A model generated the notes under the pieces. It was not told the DNA's origin and ran no database searches. It saw only the letters and a program-made list of their open reading frames with translations. From Bilabrum cf. latius (Eukaryota), in NCBI GenBank assembly GCA_965178125.1, contig OZ237746.1, forward strand, positions 1,054,001-1,118,000: 64,000 nt of DNA. Direction: 5' to 3'. Below are positions 11,701 to 24,412 of this stretch, in pieces. How positions within the stretch are numbered: the first letter of the stretch is position 1; each line of letters begins with the position of its first letter. Made by a program: the position numbers and the translations under genes.

Positions 11701-14700
11701 AGCTGCAGTGCTCAGCAAACACGCGACGGGCCACCGTCCTCGAGTCGCCAGCAGCGCCAGCACCACCACCTGCCGACGGCGCCGCCCCACCCTCGGTCGA
11801 GGCAGCAGTCTTGGCTCCAGCAGCGTGCCACACGGCCGCAGCGACCTGGAGAGCCCCCGCCCTGCCCGCCTCGTCCTCGCTGCCCTCCCTCAGCACCTCG
11901 GCGGCGCCCTGCAGCTCGCAGTCGGCGTCGTGGGCGTCCTACTCGAGCTCAGACGCGAGGGCCGCCCGCTGCCGGGCCACCACCATCACCTGCCGGACCG
12001 TGTCGAGGGGCAGCAGCTGCCGCAGCCGGGCCAGCACCAAGCTCTCCAGCTGTTCCCCGCGCCGCTGCTCCAGCTCTCCCCGCTGCTGGGCCACCGCCAG
12101 CGGGGAAACCAGGGGGGCCTGCCCCGCCGCGCGGCTGGGGCCCAGCAGCGCCGCGGCCACGGCGAGCCAGGGCAGGCCCTCGGGACCCTGCGGACCCTTG
12201 CAGCTGCGCACCACCTCTGCCGCCCTGGCCACGAGTCCGGACTCATCATCAACTCCACCCGAGATTTCTGCCGGCCCCGCATCCTCACCGCCGCCCTCAC
12301 CTGCTCCCGAACCCGCCCCTCCGCCCAATCCAGCCCGTTCGAGCGCCTCGCGGGCGTCCTGCAGCGCAGCCTCATCGACCCGCGGCGCAAACACTGGAAG
12401 CAGCGAGGTCCCATCGAATCCATTGCGCCCCGACTGCTTCATCCGCCCCTGACCCTGCTCCTGCTCCTGCCCCTGCCCCTGCCCCTCCCTGGGCACGGTG
12501 ACAATGTACCGCCGCGAGGCACCCACCAGCACGGTGCACCCCAGATACGGGAGGGCGGCGTCCTGCCTGTACAGTCCCGCCCGGATGCGCTCCACCACCC
12601 GCTCGGGGTGGCTCCACATGTCACCGTCCTGGGCGGCCCCTGCTGCAGCGCGTGCGGCGCGAGCCACCCACTGCCCACCCGCCCCAACTTCGGATCCAGC
12701 GGCCCCTCCAACTCTCTCCTCCTCCTTTTTGTTCTCCTGCTGCCATCCTCCCACAGCACGCAGCTCCCACGGCTGCGATCTCCCCGCTCCTTCCCCTTCC
12801 GCCTCCCCTCCCCCTTCCCCTTCCCCTTCCCCTTCCCCTTCCCCTTCCCCTTCCCCTGGCGAACCCCCCGCGCGCTGCTCCCAGGCCCGCTGCAGCAGGG
12901 CACGCACCCTGGCCCAGCGGTCCTCCGGCCGCAGCACACGCCGCACCTCCAGCCCCCCGATACTCCACACAACGCCGCGCTCCTCCTCCTCCTCCTCCTC
13001 CTCTATTGCCGCGCTGCCGGACTTCTGCCTGCCCTCGCGCGTCGGCCGCACCTGCCCTGCGGCCACCGCGCACGCCGCCCGCACGGCCGCCTCGGCAAAG
13101 TCCCTCTGGATGCGCCACAGGGTCCGCAGGAACACGAGCCTGCCCGCAGTGCTCATGCAGGGCAGCTGTAGGGCGCGCTCCCAGTCGCGATTGAAGTCAC
13201 GCACCTGGAACCCCCCGATCTGACCCCCCTGCAGGGGTCCGCCCGCCGCGACGGCACCCACAGCCGCTTCCCCCGCCCCCACGGCCTGCAGGCCCTCCCG
13301 GATGCGCTTCAGACCAGCGCGCACCGCCTTGCGAGCGCCCTCGAACCCCCCGCGCGGAGGCCCCACCCCCTCTCCCTCTCCCTCTCCCTCTCCCTCTCCC
13401 TTGCCGCTGCCCTGTTCCTGCAGCTGCTTCTCCCTCTCGTCGATGGAGGCCTTCAGTGCCGCCTCCAGCTGCTCCGTCATCTGCTGCAAGATCTGACTCC
13501 CGATCCCCTGGTCGTCCTCGTGCTCCACCTGAGACTGCCGGCCCGTGATGGCCAGCCCGAGGCTGCCTGACGACACCTCCCGCTCGTCCGCAAGGGACGC
13601 CAGCCCGCCCACACCCCCGTGAGGCACGCCGTCCGACAGGCCAGCGGCGCCGTTCGCAGCCGCCGCCGCCCCGGCCAGCCCGCGCAGGGGACCGGCCGCC
13701 CGCTCCGCCGCCCGCCGAGCCACGGCACCCGCCAGCAGGCCCGAAGCCTCGCCCTCGCCCTCACACTCGCCCTCGCCAGCGGAGAGCTGCCTGGCCGCCT
13801 GTCTCTGGCTGCGGTTGGAGGCCATGCGCAGCCAGTGCAGGAAGGGCTGCAGGCGCCCCCGGCCCTTCCCCACGGATACACCCGCCCCTCCCGCGCACCA
13901 GGGGGCATCGCATGGCTCCAGCCACTCCACGGGAGCGGCGGCTAGCCCGGCTGCCAGCCCCGCAGGCACGAAGGGTGCCCCCGGCACCAGGCCCAGGGGA
14001 GCCCCCGCCCCCAGCCCGGCGCAGTTGGCCAGGATGGCGCGTGTCTGCGGGTGCACCCGAGTGGAGGAGGAGGAGGAGGAGGAGGAGGAGGAGGAGGAGC
14101 CATCGCTCCCCACGGCCCCACCCCGCGAGGAGGGCGGCGCCAGGGGGGCGGGTAGCAGCAGCGCCGCGGATACCTGCAGGTCCAGCGCCGAGGCGATCGT
14201 GGAGAATGCCCTGCGCTGGGACTCGCGCACCGAGGAGGCCGCGGCGTCCATGTACTCGGGGAGGCCTCTCGCCACGAGCGCCAGCAGCCCGGGGAGGGTG
14301 TCGGCCCGCAGCGAGACCGCGCGGCGGGGACCAGACTAGGCTCCTGTTCCTGCTGCGTGCCCCTTGCCCTTCCTGCCCCTGCGGCCGCTGCCGCCCCCAC
14401 CGCCACCACCGCCACCGCCGCTGTCAGCAGCGCCACGCCCGCGCACCCAGAGCACGGCAGGCCTGGAGTCCAGCGTGCCCGCCGCCACGTCGGACCGGTC
14501 CACGTGGAACCCCTCCGCCGTGGCTGTCACGTGCACAGAGGCCCCCTCCGCCGTCTCAGCCACCAGGTAGGCCAGGTCTCCCCGCGCCGCGCGGTCCGCC
14601 GGCGGGGGGTTGAAAGGGGACCAGCGCAGGGAGGTCACGGGACACAGGGGCATGGGGGCCACGGGCGGGGGCGGCACACCATCGCCCGCGACCGCGCGCC

Positions 14701-16039
14701 TGCCATCCCTGCCTGATGCGACGGCCTCGTCTCGCGCGGCCCTGTCAAGGCCCATCCACGCAGGGCGGGGGCCGTGCGGCTGGAAGGCCCCCGGGCCCGA
14801 CCTCTCAAAGCCCAGCTGCGGGTTGCTCAGCGGGGGAGGGACCGCCCATGCTAAACCTTTGCGATGCGCCGCGGCTGCGCCCCGCGCCCGGCCGTCCTTG
14901 CCGGAACCGTCACCAGCACCGCCCTGACCATCACCGTCCCCGTCGGCACCCAGCGCCCCAAACACGGCGGGGATCAAGCCGGCCCCGGTGCCAGCCACGA
15001 AGTCATCGTCCCGCTCGCCCCCGTCCCCACCCCCCCCTTCTTCCACCCAAGCGGACGATCGAGCCAGCGCGGGCACCGGCACGTCCGCCGCCAGCGCCCC
15101 CGCCAGCCGGTTGGCCGCCCTGGCCTCGGACAGCAGCTCGCCGGGGGTGCGCACGTGGTCCGCGAGCGGGCTGGGCAGCGACAGTCCACCGCCCCGGCCC
15201 TCGAGACGGTCGGCGACCGCCCTCGTCGCCCTGGCCTGCTGCTTAGCAGCGGCCACCGAGGCCCGAGCCGAATCAGAGAGCCCATCCTGCTTCTGCTTCT
15301 CGACCGTGCCCGTGCCCGTGCCCGTGCCCTGCGGCGGGACAGAGTCCTTGCCCGTGTCCTTAATGCCCCGCAGCACCTCCCGCACCGAGTGCAGCCGCCC
15401 CGGACCCACGTCCCGGAACGGCCTCCTCTGCCCGGGGGCTCCCCCCTCCCCTACCCCCTCCTCGCCCTCCCCGGGCCCCTGGTCCTCCTCCAGGTCCTCT
15501 GGCCCCTGCATGAGGGGCACCGGCCACTCCTCGTCCAGGCCAACGGCGCCCTGGCTGAGCAGGCGCTGCGTGGCCGTGGCGTGCAGCGCAGCGTCCCCCT
15601 GCGTGTAGGGTCGCGGACACAGCCGCAGCTCGCTCTGACGCGACAGCTCCCCCGGGGCGCAGGCGGCCGCGAGCGAATCGTCGTGCCCCAATCGAATCCA
15701 CGCACCCTCTCGATGAGCTCGAAGCTCGAGGTCGTAGCACGTGTAGATGCATGCGGTCCTGGATTGCTGCAAGGCTTCCTTCACGGACTTGCACGTCTCG
15801 GACTACTTTTGCACCGACACGACCGTCCGCATGCCACGCGGCAGTTGGACTGGCAGAAACAGCTATACAGCTACATCTTGCTCTGTTGGCACGCCCGCCG
15901 GTGCCGACGGGCTCGTAGCTGCATCGGTGCCAGGACCCGACTGCGGTGCTCCGGCGGTGTTCCCCCTTTCTGGCTCAAAGTTGGCCGCCTAGCTGGGATC
16001 AGACCCAGTTGATCCAACGATTGGAGATTGATCTGACAT
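8738..16039 (-). CDS. CLUH: Clustered mitochondria protein (CLU/CLUH/Clu1), ~2433 aa; 7 in-frame TAG (15989, 15863, 15803, 14336, 11939, 11186, 10565)
   Basis: CLU_N (ACIYTCYDLEL...RPYTQGDAALHA), SLRWSPFNPPPADRAARGDLAYL...TAEG...VTATAEGFHV, RDFNRDWERALQLP, the central domain YVRDSLVPRL...DGSSLTRAL, and C-terminal TPRs (AQRAVVAAERVCGLESPDTAAAYGELA). One frame over 7.3 kb, ending TGA at 8738. Confidence 0.9.
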
Positions 16040-16426
16040 AATAATACAATGTGCGGGTGACTGGCGCGATAGATCGGACAGATTCTGAATGAACCGCCGA
16101 CTAAGCTCGAAGCACTTGCTGCGTGTGGGAACCGCAGGAGTTCTCGTTGGTTGTGTCGCTAATCGCGTATACACCGGTGTGGTCGCAAGAGACCGTAATA
16201 AATAATCCAGCTATTCAAAGGGTGGATCTATTTAACCCTTCGAAGTGCGACAGCGAGCGAGACGAAAGAACTCGCATCAAATCGGATTTTTCAATCGTCA
16301 CCTCGGCCGAAATTGCACGGAACTTGGGATCCGAGACGGATTACAAAGCAGAGAGTCAGGTCGTCCAGGCAAGCCTTCGCACGGGGTGATAGCACAGTGC
16401 TTTGGATTATATCTTAGTGGGCTACC

Positions 16427-18445
16427 ATGGATGCGCTAGAGTTTGCGATTTTCAGGGGAGAGCAGGGGTGGACGGCCTACAAAGAGTTGCTGCTGATAGA
16501 GGGGATCGAGCTTCATGGAATGGGCAACTGGAAGTGAGGCACCGCAGCCAATTTGTTTTCAAGTTCGATAGATAAAGTGCATGCGGGCATCCTGCTCTTG
16601 ACACAGCCCCAGAGCCCCTGCCTGCTTGACGCACCGGCGCACCCGGTTCGAACGTGGCCGCTCTTTTCTAGTGCTAGCATTTCACGCGATCGCAGGGAAA
16701 TTTCGAGCCACATTGGAAGCGTGTCTCCGAAAGAGTGCGAGAGGCATTACACTAAGGTGTACCTGGAGAGCCGAGCCGATTCGTACCCGCTGCCTAGGGA
16801 GGACCTGCTTGCCACTGGGCCCGCGGTGCCAGAGCCCGCGGGCGGCGCAAAGGCCCCGTCAAGCTCTGCGGCTGGAGGCAGCAGTGCGCCCACATCGGGC
16901 GCGGCTGTCTCGAGCGGACCGAGCTCAGGCGATGCTGCCGCAGCCGGCGGTGCCACCAGCGCTCAGACGGCAGACGGCGAAGCCCAGGGCAAGGGGCGCG
17001 CAGAGGATGGGCAGGAGGGCCACCCCACGACCTCGGGGCTGAGGCCATCCGGCAATCCCCCGCCACCGACCCCGCCTCGGGACAGCCAAGCCGAACGAGA
17101 CGGAGACGGAGACGGCGCTGCCGCCCCCATCGCCCCGCACCCCGCGCTGCAGGCCGCCGCCCGGGTCGCGGCCCGGGACTTTGGGCCTGCCGTGCTGCCC
17201 CGCCCCCAGGAGCTGCGAGACCCCCCGCACCCGTCCGACGAGGAGAGCAAGGACCTGTCCGGGTACTGGCCCTACCGGGGGGAGTTCGAAGTGGAGCACG
17301 ACAACGACGCGGAGCTGCTCATCGCGGACCTCGAGTTCAACGAGGGGGAGCACGCCACCGAGACGGAGCTCAAGCTGCAGGTGCTGGCCATCTACAACGC
17401 GCGGCTGGCGGAGCGGATCCGCCGCAGGAACTTTGTGCTGGAGCGGGGCCTGCTCGAGTACAAGAAGCAGCAGCAGCTGGAGAGGAGGAGGCCCAGGGCG
17501 GAGCGGGCGGTGCTGAGCGCGCTCCGGCCCATCAGCCGGTTCCTGTCGGCGGGCGAGTACAAGGAGCTGCAGGACGGGCTCGTGGCAGAGATGCGCCTGC
17601 GCAAGCGGATCCAGGAGCTCAGGGAGTGGCGGCAGGCGGGCTGCCGCACGCTGCTGGACGGGGAGGAGTACATGCAGGCCAAGAAGACCAGGGAGGAGAA
17701 GATCAGGCTGCAGAAGTCCAGGCAGGCGGGCGGGTACGGGGCCGGCGCGGGGCCGGGGGGCCTGGGCGGCAGCGAGAGGCGAAGGGGCGCGGGGCTGCTG
17801 TCTGCGGGGGGGGGCGCGGACGGGGGCGCCGAGGGGGGTAGGTCGGGGCGGAGGGGGCGGCGCTCGAGCCGGGGCACCGGTCGCGGACGGGGAAGGGGCC
17901 GGGGCCGGGGCCGGGGCCGAGGGCGGGGGCGGGGGCGCGGGGGCCGCGGGGGCGGTGGTGGAGGGGGTGCCCGCGGCACTCCGAGGGCGGGCGGCCCGGC
18001 GGGGGACTCGGATTCGAAGGTGGATGCGGATGCGGAGGGCAAGGGCGAGGGCAGCGGCAATGGCATAGGGGAGGTGGGTAGCGCGGCCATGGAGGGGAAC
18101 AGCGATGGCGAAGGGGCAGCCGGTGGCAGCGGCAGCGCGGCGATGGCACGGATCGAGCGAGCAGGTTCCCCCGCCCCTGCGCCCGCTCCTGCGCCCGCTC
18201 CTGGCTCGCACCCCGGTGGAGGTATGTCGGCCTCTGGGCCCGTGACCCTTCCAGAGCCCTCGCTGGAGTCCATGGGGCGGCACGCTGCGGAAGCGCAGGG
18301 ACAGGGGACACTTGCGCCACTCGTGCAGACCGGGGAACAGGGCCAGGGCCAGGGGCAGGGCCACGGGAGCGCACCCTCGGTGCCCCCCCAGCTCGCGAGT
18401 GCACCGGCAGCGGCACCAGCTCCAGGATCGTCGTCATACACCGCC

Positions 18446-18484
<39 letters not shown>

Positions 18485-18925
18485 TCAGCTGCCCTGTCCC
18501 TGTCCCAGGCCGAGACCAGCCTGTGCGAGCACATGCAGTGGCTGCCCTCCCAATACAGCGGGGCCAGGGCTGCCGTGCTGCGGGCCATGGCCGACCAGTG
18601 GCAGGCAGAGGACAGAGCGACCCAGGGAACAGCGGGGCCGGGGGTCGTTGCCCCGCAAGCGATGAAGATGAAGATCGCGGAGGCGGCTGCACGGGAGCTG
18701 GGTGGCGGCGGCGGCAGCAGCGGGACGGCTGTGGCAGCAGCAGCCGGCATGCAGCCCTAGCCCGGGACTGCGTCCGTGCTGCCGTCTCAGCTGGTGAGCG
18801 TGGTCGACTTGTGCCTGTCCACTGGCTGGGCGCATGCGAGCGGCGCGCACGCGGACCAGCAGGTGGTCAAATCGGGGGCGGACGGGAGCGGGAGCGTGGC
18901 GCTGCAGCCGCACATGGAGAGCTGA
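16427..18925 (+). CDS. ADA2: Transcriptional adaptor ADA2 (SANT + SWIRM); exons 16427-16533, 16696-18925; 1 in-frame TAG (18758)
   Basis: SANT domain WTAYKELLLIEGIELHGMGNWK|EISSHIG...ECERHY, then GYWPYRGEFEVEHDNDAELLIADL, ELKLQVLAIYNARLAERIRRR and LREWRQAGCRTL. The SWIRM domain starts LSQAETSLC...LPSQY and its last helix VVDLCLSTGW lies after the TAG. Stop TGA at 18923. Confidence 0.9.
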
Positions 18926-19159
18926 GGCTGAGGCTGGCATTGGCATTGGCATTGGCAGTGGCGTGGTGGGTGAGAGGGTGCGGGCGCTGCAAACCGCCAG
19001 GGATGCACTGCATTGCACTGCAATCACGGCGGCACTTTCTGTATTTCATCCATCCCTGCATCAATCAAACCCCTCATCATGATCTAGGGAGGCAGGGGCG
19101 CGCGAGACACGTACCACTGGCACGGTAACCCCCCACCCGCGGCGGGCGCATCCCAGGAC

Positions 19160-20200
19160 TCACTCGTGCTTCCAGTCGGGCTTGCGCTTGCCCACGAACG
19201 CGCCCATGCCCTCCTTCTGGTCCTTGGTCGCGAAGGTGGAGTGGAACACGCGGCGCTCGAAGCGGACCCCCTCGGCGAGCGAGAGCTCGTGGGCCGAGTT
19301 GACCGCCTCCTTGCACATGGCGATCACGGGCCGGCTGTGGGAGGCGATGCGCGCCCCAATAGCGATGGCCTTGTCAAGCGTCTCCTCTTTGGGCACCACG
19401 TGCGAGACAAGGCCCGCCTCCCGCATGCTTTCGGCGTCCCAAAAGTCCCCCGTCAGGCACATCTCCATCGCCTTGCTCTTACCCACCGCGCGGATCAGCC
19501 GCTGCGTTCCCCCGCACCCGGGGATCGTGCCGATGGTAACCTCCGGCTGGCCAAACTTTGCGTTCTCGCCGGCCACCATGATATCGCACATCATGGCCAG
19601 CTCGCACCCGCCGCCCAGCGCGAAGCCGTTCACGGCGGCGATCGTTGGCTTCACGATCTTGGTGAGGTCCGCCCATTCGGAGAACATGTTGTTCACGTAG
19701 TTGGGCACGAACTCGCGATCAGCCATCTCCTTGATGTCTGCGCCAGCCGCGAACGCCTTCTCGCTGCCGGTGATGACAATCGCACCCACGTCGTCGTCGC
19801 GGTCAAACCTGGGACAGCAGAGCAGCTCAACCATTCACGCACGCGAATGTTTACCAGAACGCACATGGTGCTGCATGCCGCTGCAAGTCGCAAGAGCCGG
19901 CGAGGCACGGCCGTGGCAGATAGATGGCCCGCGGCTGACAGCTGGCTCGGGGAGGCATTCGCGCAGTTCGCATCGCAGGTCTCACCCTTTGCAAGCAGTG
20001 TTCAACTCGGCAATCAGACCTTCGCACAGCGCGTTGAGCGCCTTTGGTCGGTTCAAGGTGACAACGGCGACGCCATTGTTCTGCTTCTCGGTGGTGATGT
20101 ACTCGTAGCTAGCAGCCGAGCTCATCGATCGGTGCGCCGCGAAGAGAGGGGAGCGGGCCAGCTTTGCAACACACGATACACGACGAGTGGCAGCGCGCAT
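19160..20200 (-). CDS. ECHS1: Mitochondrial short-chain enoyl-CoA hydratase (crotonase); intron 19809-19985
   Basis: Arg-rich presequence MRAATRRVS..., then [49 protein letters not shown] and [15 protein letters not shown]. Stop TGA. No TAG codons. Confidence 0.95.
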
Positions 20201-20913
20201 GGTCAAATTCGGTACGCTACTTTCGATGTATGGTCCGCTGCGTACTACAGTACTACTACTGTTGCAGGCGGAGCAAATCTGCACGCTACTAGTAGTACGC
20301 GGATGAACCGGCCCGGGGCTCCTCGCCAGGTGCGGTAGGAGCTGGAACTGGGAGCTGCCCCCCCAAGCACAACCGGATGCGGGGCATCCGGCCAGGTCGA
20401 CACAGGAGCGCATCATGCTGATGCCCGCAGGACTGCACCGCAGCTGGCCAGTGAAGGGGTCCCTCCACACGCCTCTTGCCAAGCTCAGCGTAGGAAAGAG
20501 GGCACGAACCAGGCAGCATGGTCTGGACCATGGACTCACGGTAATTCAATGTGCAGAAACTGCGGTAACGGAGTGTGACTCGGATGGCCTCATTCCAAGG
20601 GGTCGGCGGTGGGCGGAGGGCCACGAGGCGGCCTGCCCACAGGCAGCCCACTGCCACTGGCAGCGGCAGGGAGCGGTGTGCATCATCATGGGGGCGAATC
20701 ATTAGGCACGGGGTGGAAAGAATGGAAAGCAAAAACAAAGTTATCCGGTGGAATGCAAAGCGTGCACCGCATCGCTCTTATCACTGGCAGGCTGCCTCGC
20801 TTCATCTTCCGTTTTGGGGACCGTCGACGATTGAGCAACAAGTGCCAAACGGAAGATCGCAGGGCATTCTAGCAACGCCTCAGCTGCGTCGCACCTCAGT
20901 GTACTAGCCAGTG

Positions 20914-23884
20914 ATGCCAAGTAAAGCAATTCTCCGCAAAGCGCGCGGATCGTGAGGAAACTGCCGCCACCAACCTGAAGCAATTTGAATTGCGCTTGCA
21001 CTTGCTAGCTTGGCCCTTGCACGAAGCATCTTCGCACCGCGCGTTGCGTCACCATCCACGCAGGCGTTAGGCAAGCACTTAGTTGGTGAAGGGATCTGCG
21101 AGGACTTCTCGCGCTGCAAGATTTGCGGCCGATCATGACGTCCCGAGAACTCCAAAGCACCGCAGCGCTGGCAGCGGGGCTCGTCGCCGAGCCCCCGGCC
21201 CGCCGAAGCGGCCCCTAAAACGGGCGCGCACGCTGGAATCCGCCGCAAAAGATGATTCGGATGCGTTTGATCCTGACGACAGCGAGTTCGAAGAAGCCGA
21301 TGCGCGCCGAGGTGGCAGCAAGCGAGGCGAGCAGCCGTCGATGGGCAGTGGGTCCGACGGCGGCGCGGAGGAAGAACAAGAAGAAGAAGAGGAAGAGGAG
21401 GAGGACATCCTCGCAGCATATCCGCAGTCCTTGGCCCCCCGCTTCGATCGCGCACTCGCCGGCGGGGCCGAGGTGGACGGCGGCAGCGCCAGACCCAAGG
21501 TAGGCGGCAAGCGGACCAGGACAGCGGCGGCTGCCGGCAGCAAGTCCAAGGGCAAGTCCAAGGACAAGGGCAAGAAGGGTGACAAGCCATCCAAGACCTC
21601 TGCAGGCGGCGGCTCCCCGTCCTCCTCCTCTTCCCCCTCTTCTTCGACGACGACTCCCGCGCCCCGCCGGAGCCGCGCCGCCGCCCCCCTCCGCCGCAGG
21701 AGGCCCATCCCCTGGAGGGGGGCCTACCGCGCCCTGCTCTGCGCGGGACTGGCCCCCGTAACGGACCCGGCCCTGGCCCTGGTCCCCGCCAGCCAGCAGG
21801 TGCTGCGGGAGGCGAAGCAGGACAAGCAGCAGCAGCAGGAGGAAGAGGAGGATGAGGAGAAGGGGAGAGGGGGTGGGACGGTGGCAGGGAACAAAGCCAA
21901 GCCCACCCGCCGATCGGCACCCGCTGGCAGCTCTGCGAGGAGGTTGCTGCGGAGGAAGTGGCAGGACGCGCTGCAGGGGGACGCGGGCGCGGGGGAGCGG
22001 CACAGGGGGCACAGGGGGCGGGCGCTGCGGCTGCGGCTGCGGCTGGGCGAGGCCGTGGACCGCCTGACTGCCAAGGTGGCCACCCCTGCAAAGAACGCCG
22101 GGTTCGGGCTCGGGGGGCTGGGCGCCTTCGAGGCTTCCAGGAGGCTGCGGGAGTCCGGCGGGGCGAGTCTCGGGGCCGCTGAGCAGGGCAGGGTGGTGCT
22201 GGACGGGGCCGACAGGGCGGCCTTCCTGGCTCTGGCGGGCACCGCGGCGAACAACCACAAGGCAACGGGGGCGGGGGCGGCCGGTGCGAGGGTGGGGCGG
22301 GCGCTGGCCGAGCTCAAGGTGGCTGCTGGGCTGGGGCTGGGGGAGGTGGAGCCACGGGATGAGGAAGACGAAGAGGGGATGGCCAGAGGGTCTGCTTCCG
22401 AGGGACAACGGGCAGCGGGCGTGTCCCTGTCCCCCAGCACGCGCGCCCTGCTGCGCGCGGTAGACCGCGTGCTCCCCGGCGAGCCCCAGGACGTGTCCGC
22501 GGAGTCCCTGTGGCGGGTGAAGGAGGCGGGGAACAAGGAGGTCCTGCAGCAGGGGTGGGCCGCCGTGCCTCAGGCCGAGAAGGCCGAGCTGCAGGCCGAG
22601 GCGCGCCGCCGGTCCAACCGCCGGATCGTGGCCGCGGTGGCCAAGGCGCTGTGCCGGCCGCTGCGAGTGACGGTGCGCCTGGACGAGGGGCACGTCTTTG
22701 AAGAGCAGTGGGAGGACAAGGGGCGGGCCAGCGGGGCCGCCATGGGGGGAGACAGCGACGAGGACGAGGACGAGGACGAGGCACCAGCTCAGTCTCGGCC
22801 GGTGCAGCGGCGCCTGGAGCTGGATCCCCGCGGCAAGGAGGAGCGACTGAGCTCGTACATCTCCAGCGCGATGCAGTCGGCCGAGCAGCAGCAGCAGCAG
22901 AAGGGCAAGGGCGCGGCGGCTCTTCTTCCCTCTGGCGCCCCCCGCAGCGGCAGCCCCCCTGCCGCGTACGGCCTGGGCGCGCACGCACACGCCAGCAAGG
23001 TCGAGGCGGGGCCTCGGCGCCCCGGGGAGGAACTGGGCGCGCTTGGGCTACCAGTGGCGCTGCTGCGCACGTGCGGTCCCGTCCGTCCCGGGGGCGCCCC
23101 TCTGGTGCTGCCCACGGCGGCGGGCTTCAAGCGGGTGTCGCAGCACCTGTCCAGGGTGCAGCTGACCTTCGTGCCGGACCTGACCGTGGCGCAGGCCGTA
23201 GAGGAGTACGCACGCGTGTTCGGACGGAAGGGCGCGGGGGCGGGGGCAGCGCCTCGGTCGCAGGAGGAGCTGGCCGAGGGGATGGACCGGCTGGGCGCGT
23301 CCATCAAGGGGAGGCTCGTGGTGGGCTGCCAGTACGTGACCAGGGTCTCGGCAGGGGGCGCGGCACCCGAGCCCGAGGGGCTGCTGTCCCTGGCGCTGCA
23401 GCAGGGGGCGTATTCGTCAACGTCATCATCGTCGTCAAAGGGAGGAGCTGCCTCTGCTGCTGCTGCCGACACGCCCGTGCCCGCCTCCCGGAGTGGCGCG
23501 AGAGACCGGCACTAGAAGGAGGAGGAGGAAGAGGAAAGGGAGGAGAGCACGGGCACACCCGTGGCAATGCGGCTGGACTTCGGGCAGGGCAAGGCGGCGG
23601 GCTCGCCGTCCTTGGGGGCTGCGCTGCAGACGCCGCCCACGCGCGCCGAGCGCCGGTCTCGAGGCAGCGCCGTCGCCCGGCGGCAGGCGCTAGCTGTGCA
23701 CGCCGCGGGAGACGCACAGCTGCCATCGTCGCAGCAGTCGGACGGCTTGATCGGGCAGGCGTTCCTGACCCCAACCAAAGGAGCGGGAGCCGGAGCGGCC
23801 GCTGGAGGGGCGAGCCTCAAGTCGCCGGGCTCGTCGGGACGAGGGCGGGCCGGGCGCCGCGTGGCGCGCACGATCCGAGAATGA
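20914..23884 (+). CDS. Hypothetical protein, ~950 aa; intron 20952-21063; 3 in-frame TAG (21068, 21080, 23513)
   Basis: Exon 1 MPSKAILRKARG joins via GTGAGG...ACGCAG in frame to ORF 21083..23515, which continues across a TAG into ORF 23561..23884 (TGA). No recognised domain. Confidence 0.65.
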
Positions 23885-24412
23885 GGACCCGCACATCAGG
23901 CTACAACGCATGGAAAGGTTGGCGGTTGTGTGCATTTGAAACATCATGATGGAAATTCATCATTTCGAGGCCCGAGCCCGGCCAAGCAGCCGGCCGCCCC
24001 CCGCCCCACCTGGAAAGGCTTGCATTTCTTGGCCCGCTCACAACCTAATCTAGGGATAAAGCTTGTTGCACGATGAATCCGACTCCAATCAACTACCACT
24101 CCGAGGTTTGGGACGAAGCAACTGGAAGTGCCAGTTTCTCCACTGTACTTCTGCTTCGTTCACCACGAAATCAGCACTCACCTACATCAGCCACTCACTG
24201 CTCCCACCACCACGCCCCTCAAGACAAAACAAGCCTGCGCATCGCGCTTCAGCTCTCATGGCTTCGCCGAGCAGAGTGCGCTCTGCCAAGACACAAAGTG
24301 GAATTCCAAAACGCTCATTCGAAATCACGATGCGCCGTGACGCTACGTGCCAATTGCATTGTCGAATGGTGCAAGAAATACAGCCCTATGCCTGTCGTGT
24401 TGCGTCACGCAA

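Noticed and set aside
20250-20900. Possible small gene between ECHS1 and the hypothetical gene (ATG 20303 frame, open across TAGs)
   Set aside because: No recognisable motif or coding-like bias; open frames are expected by chance with only two stop codons.
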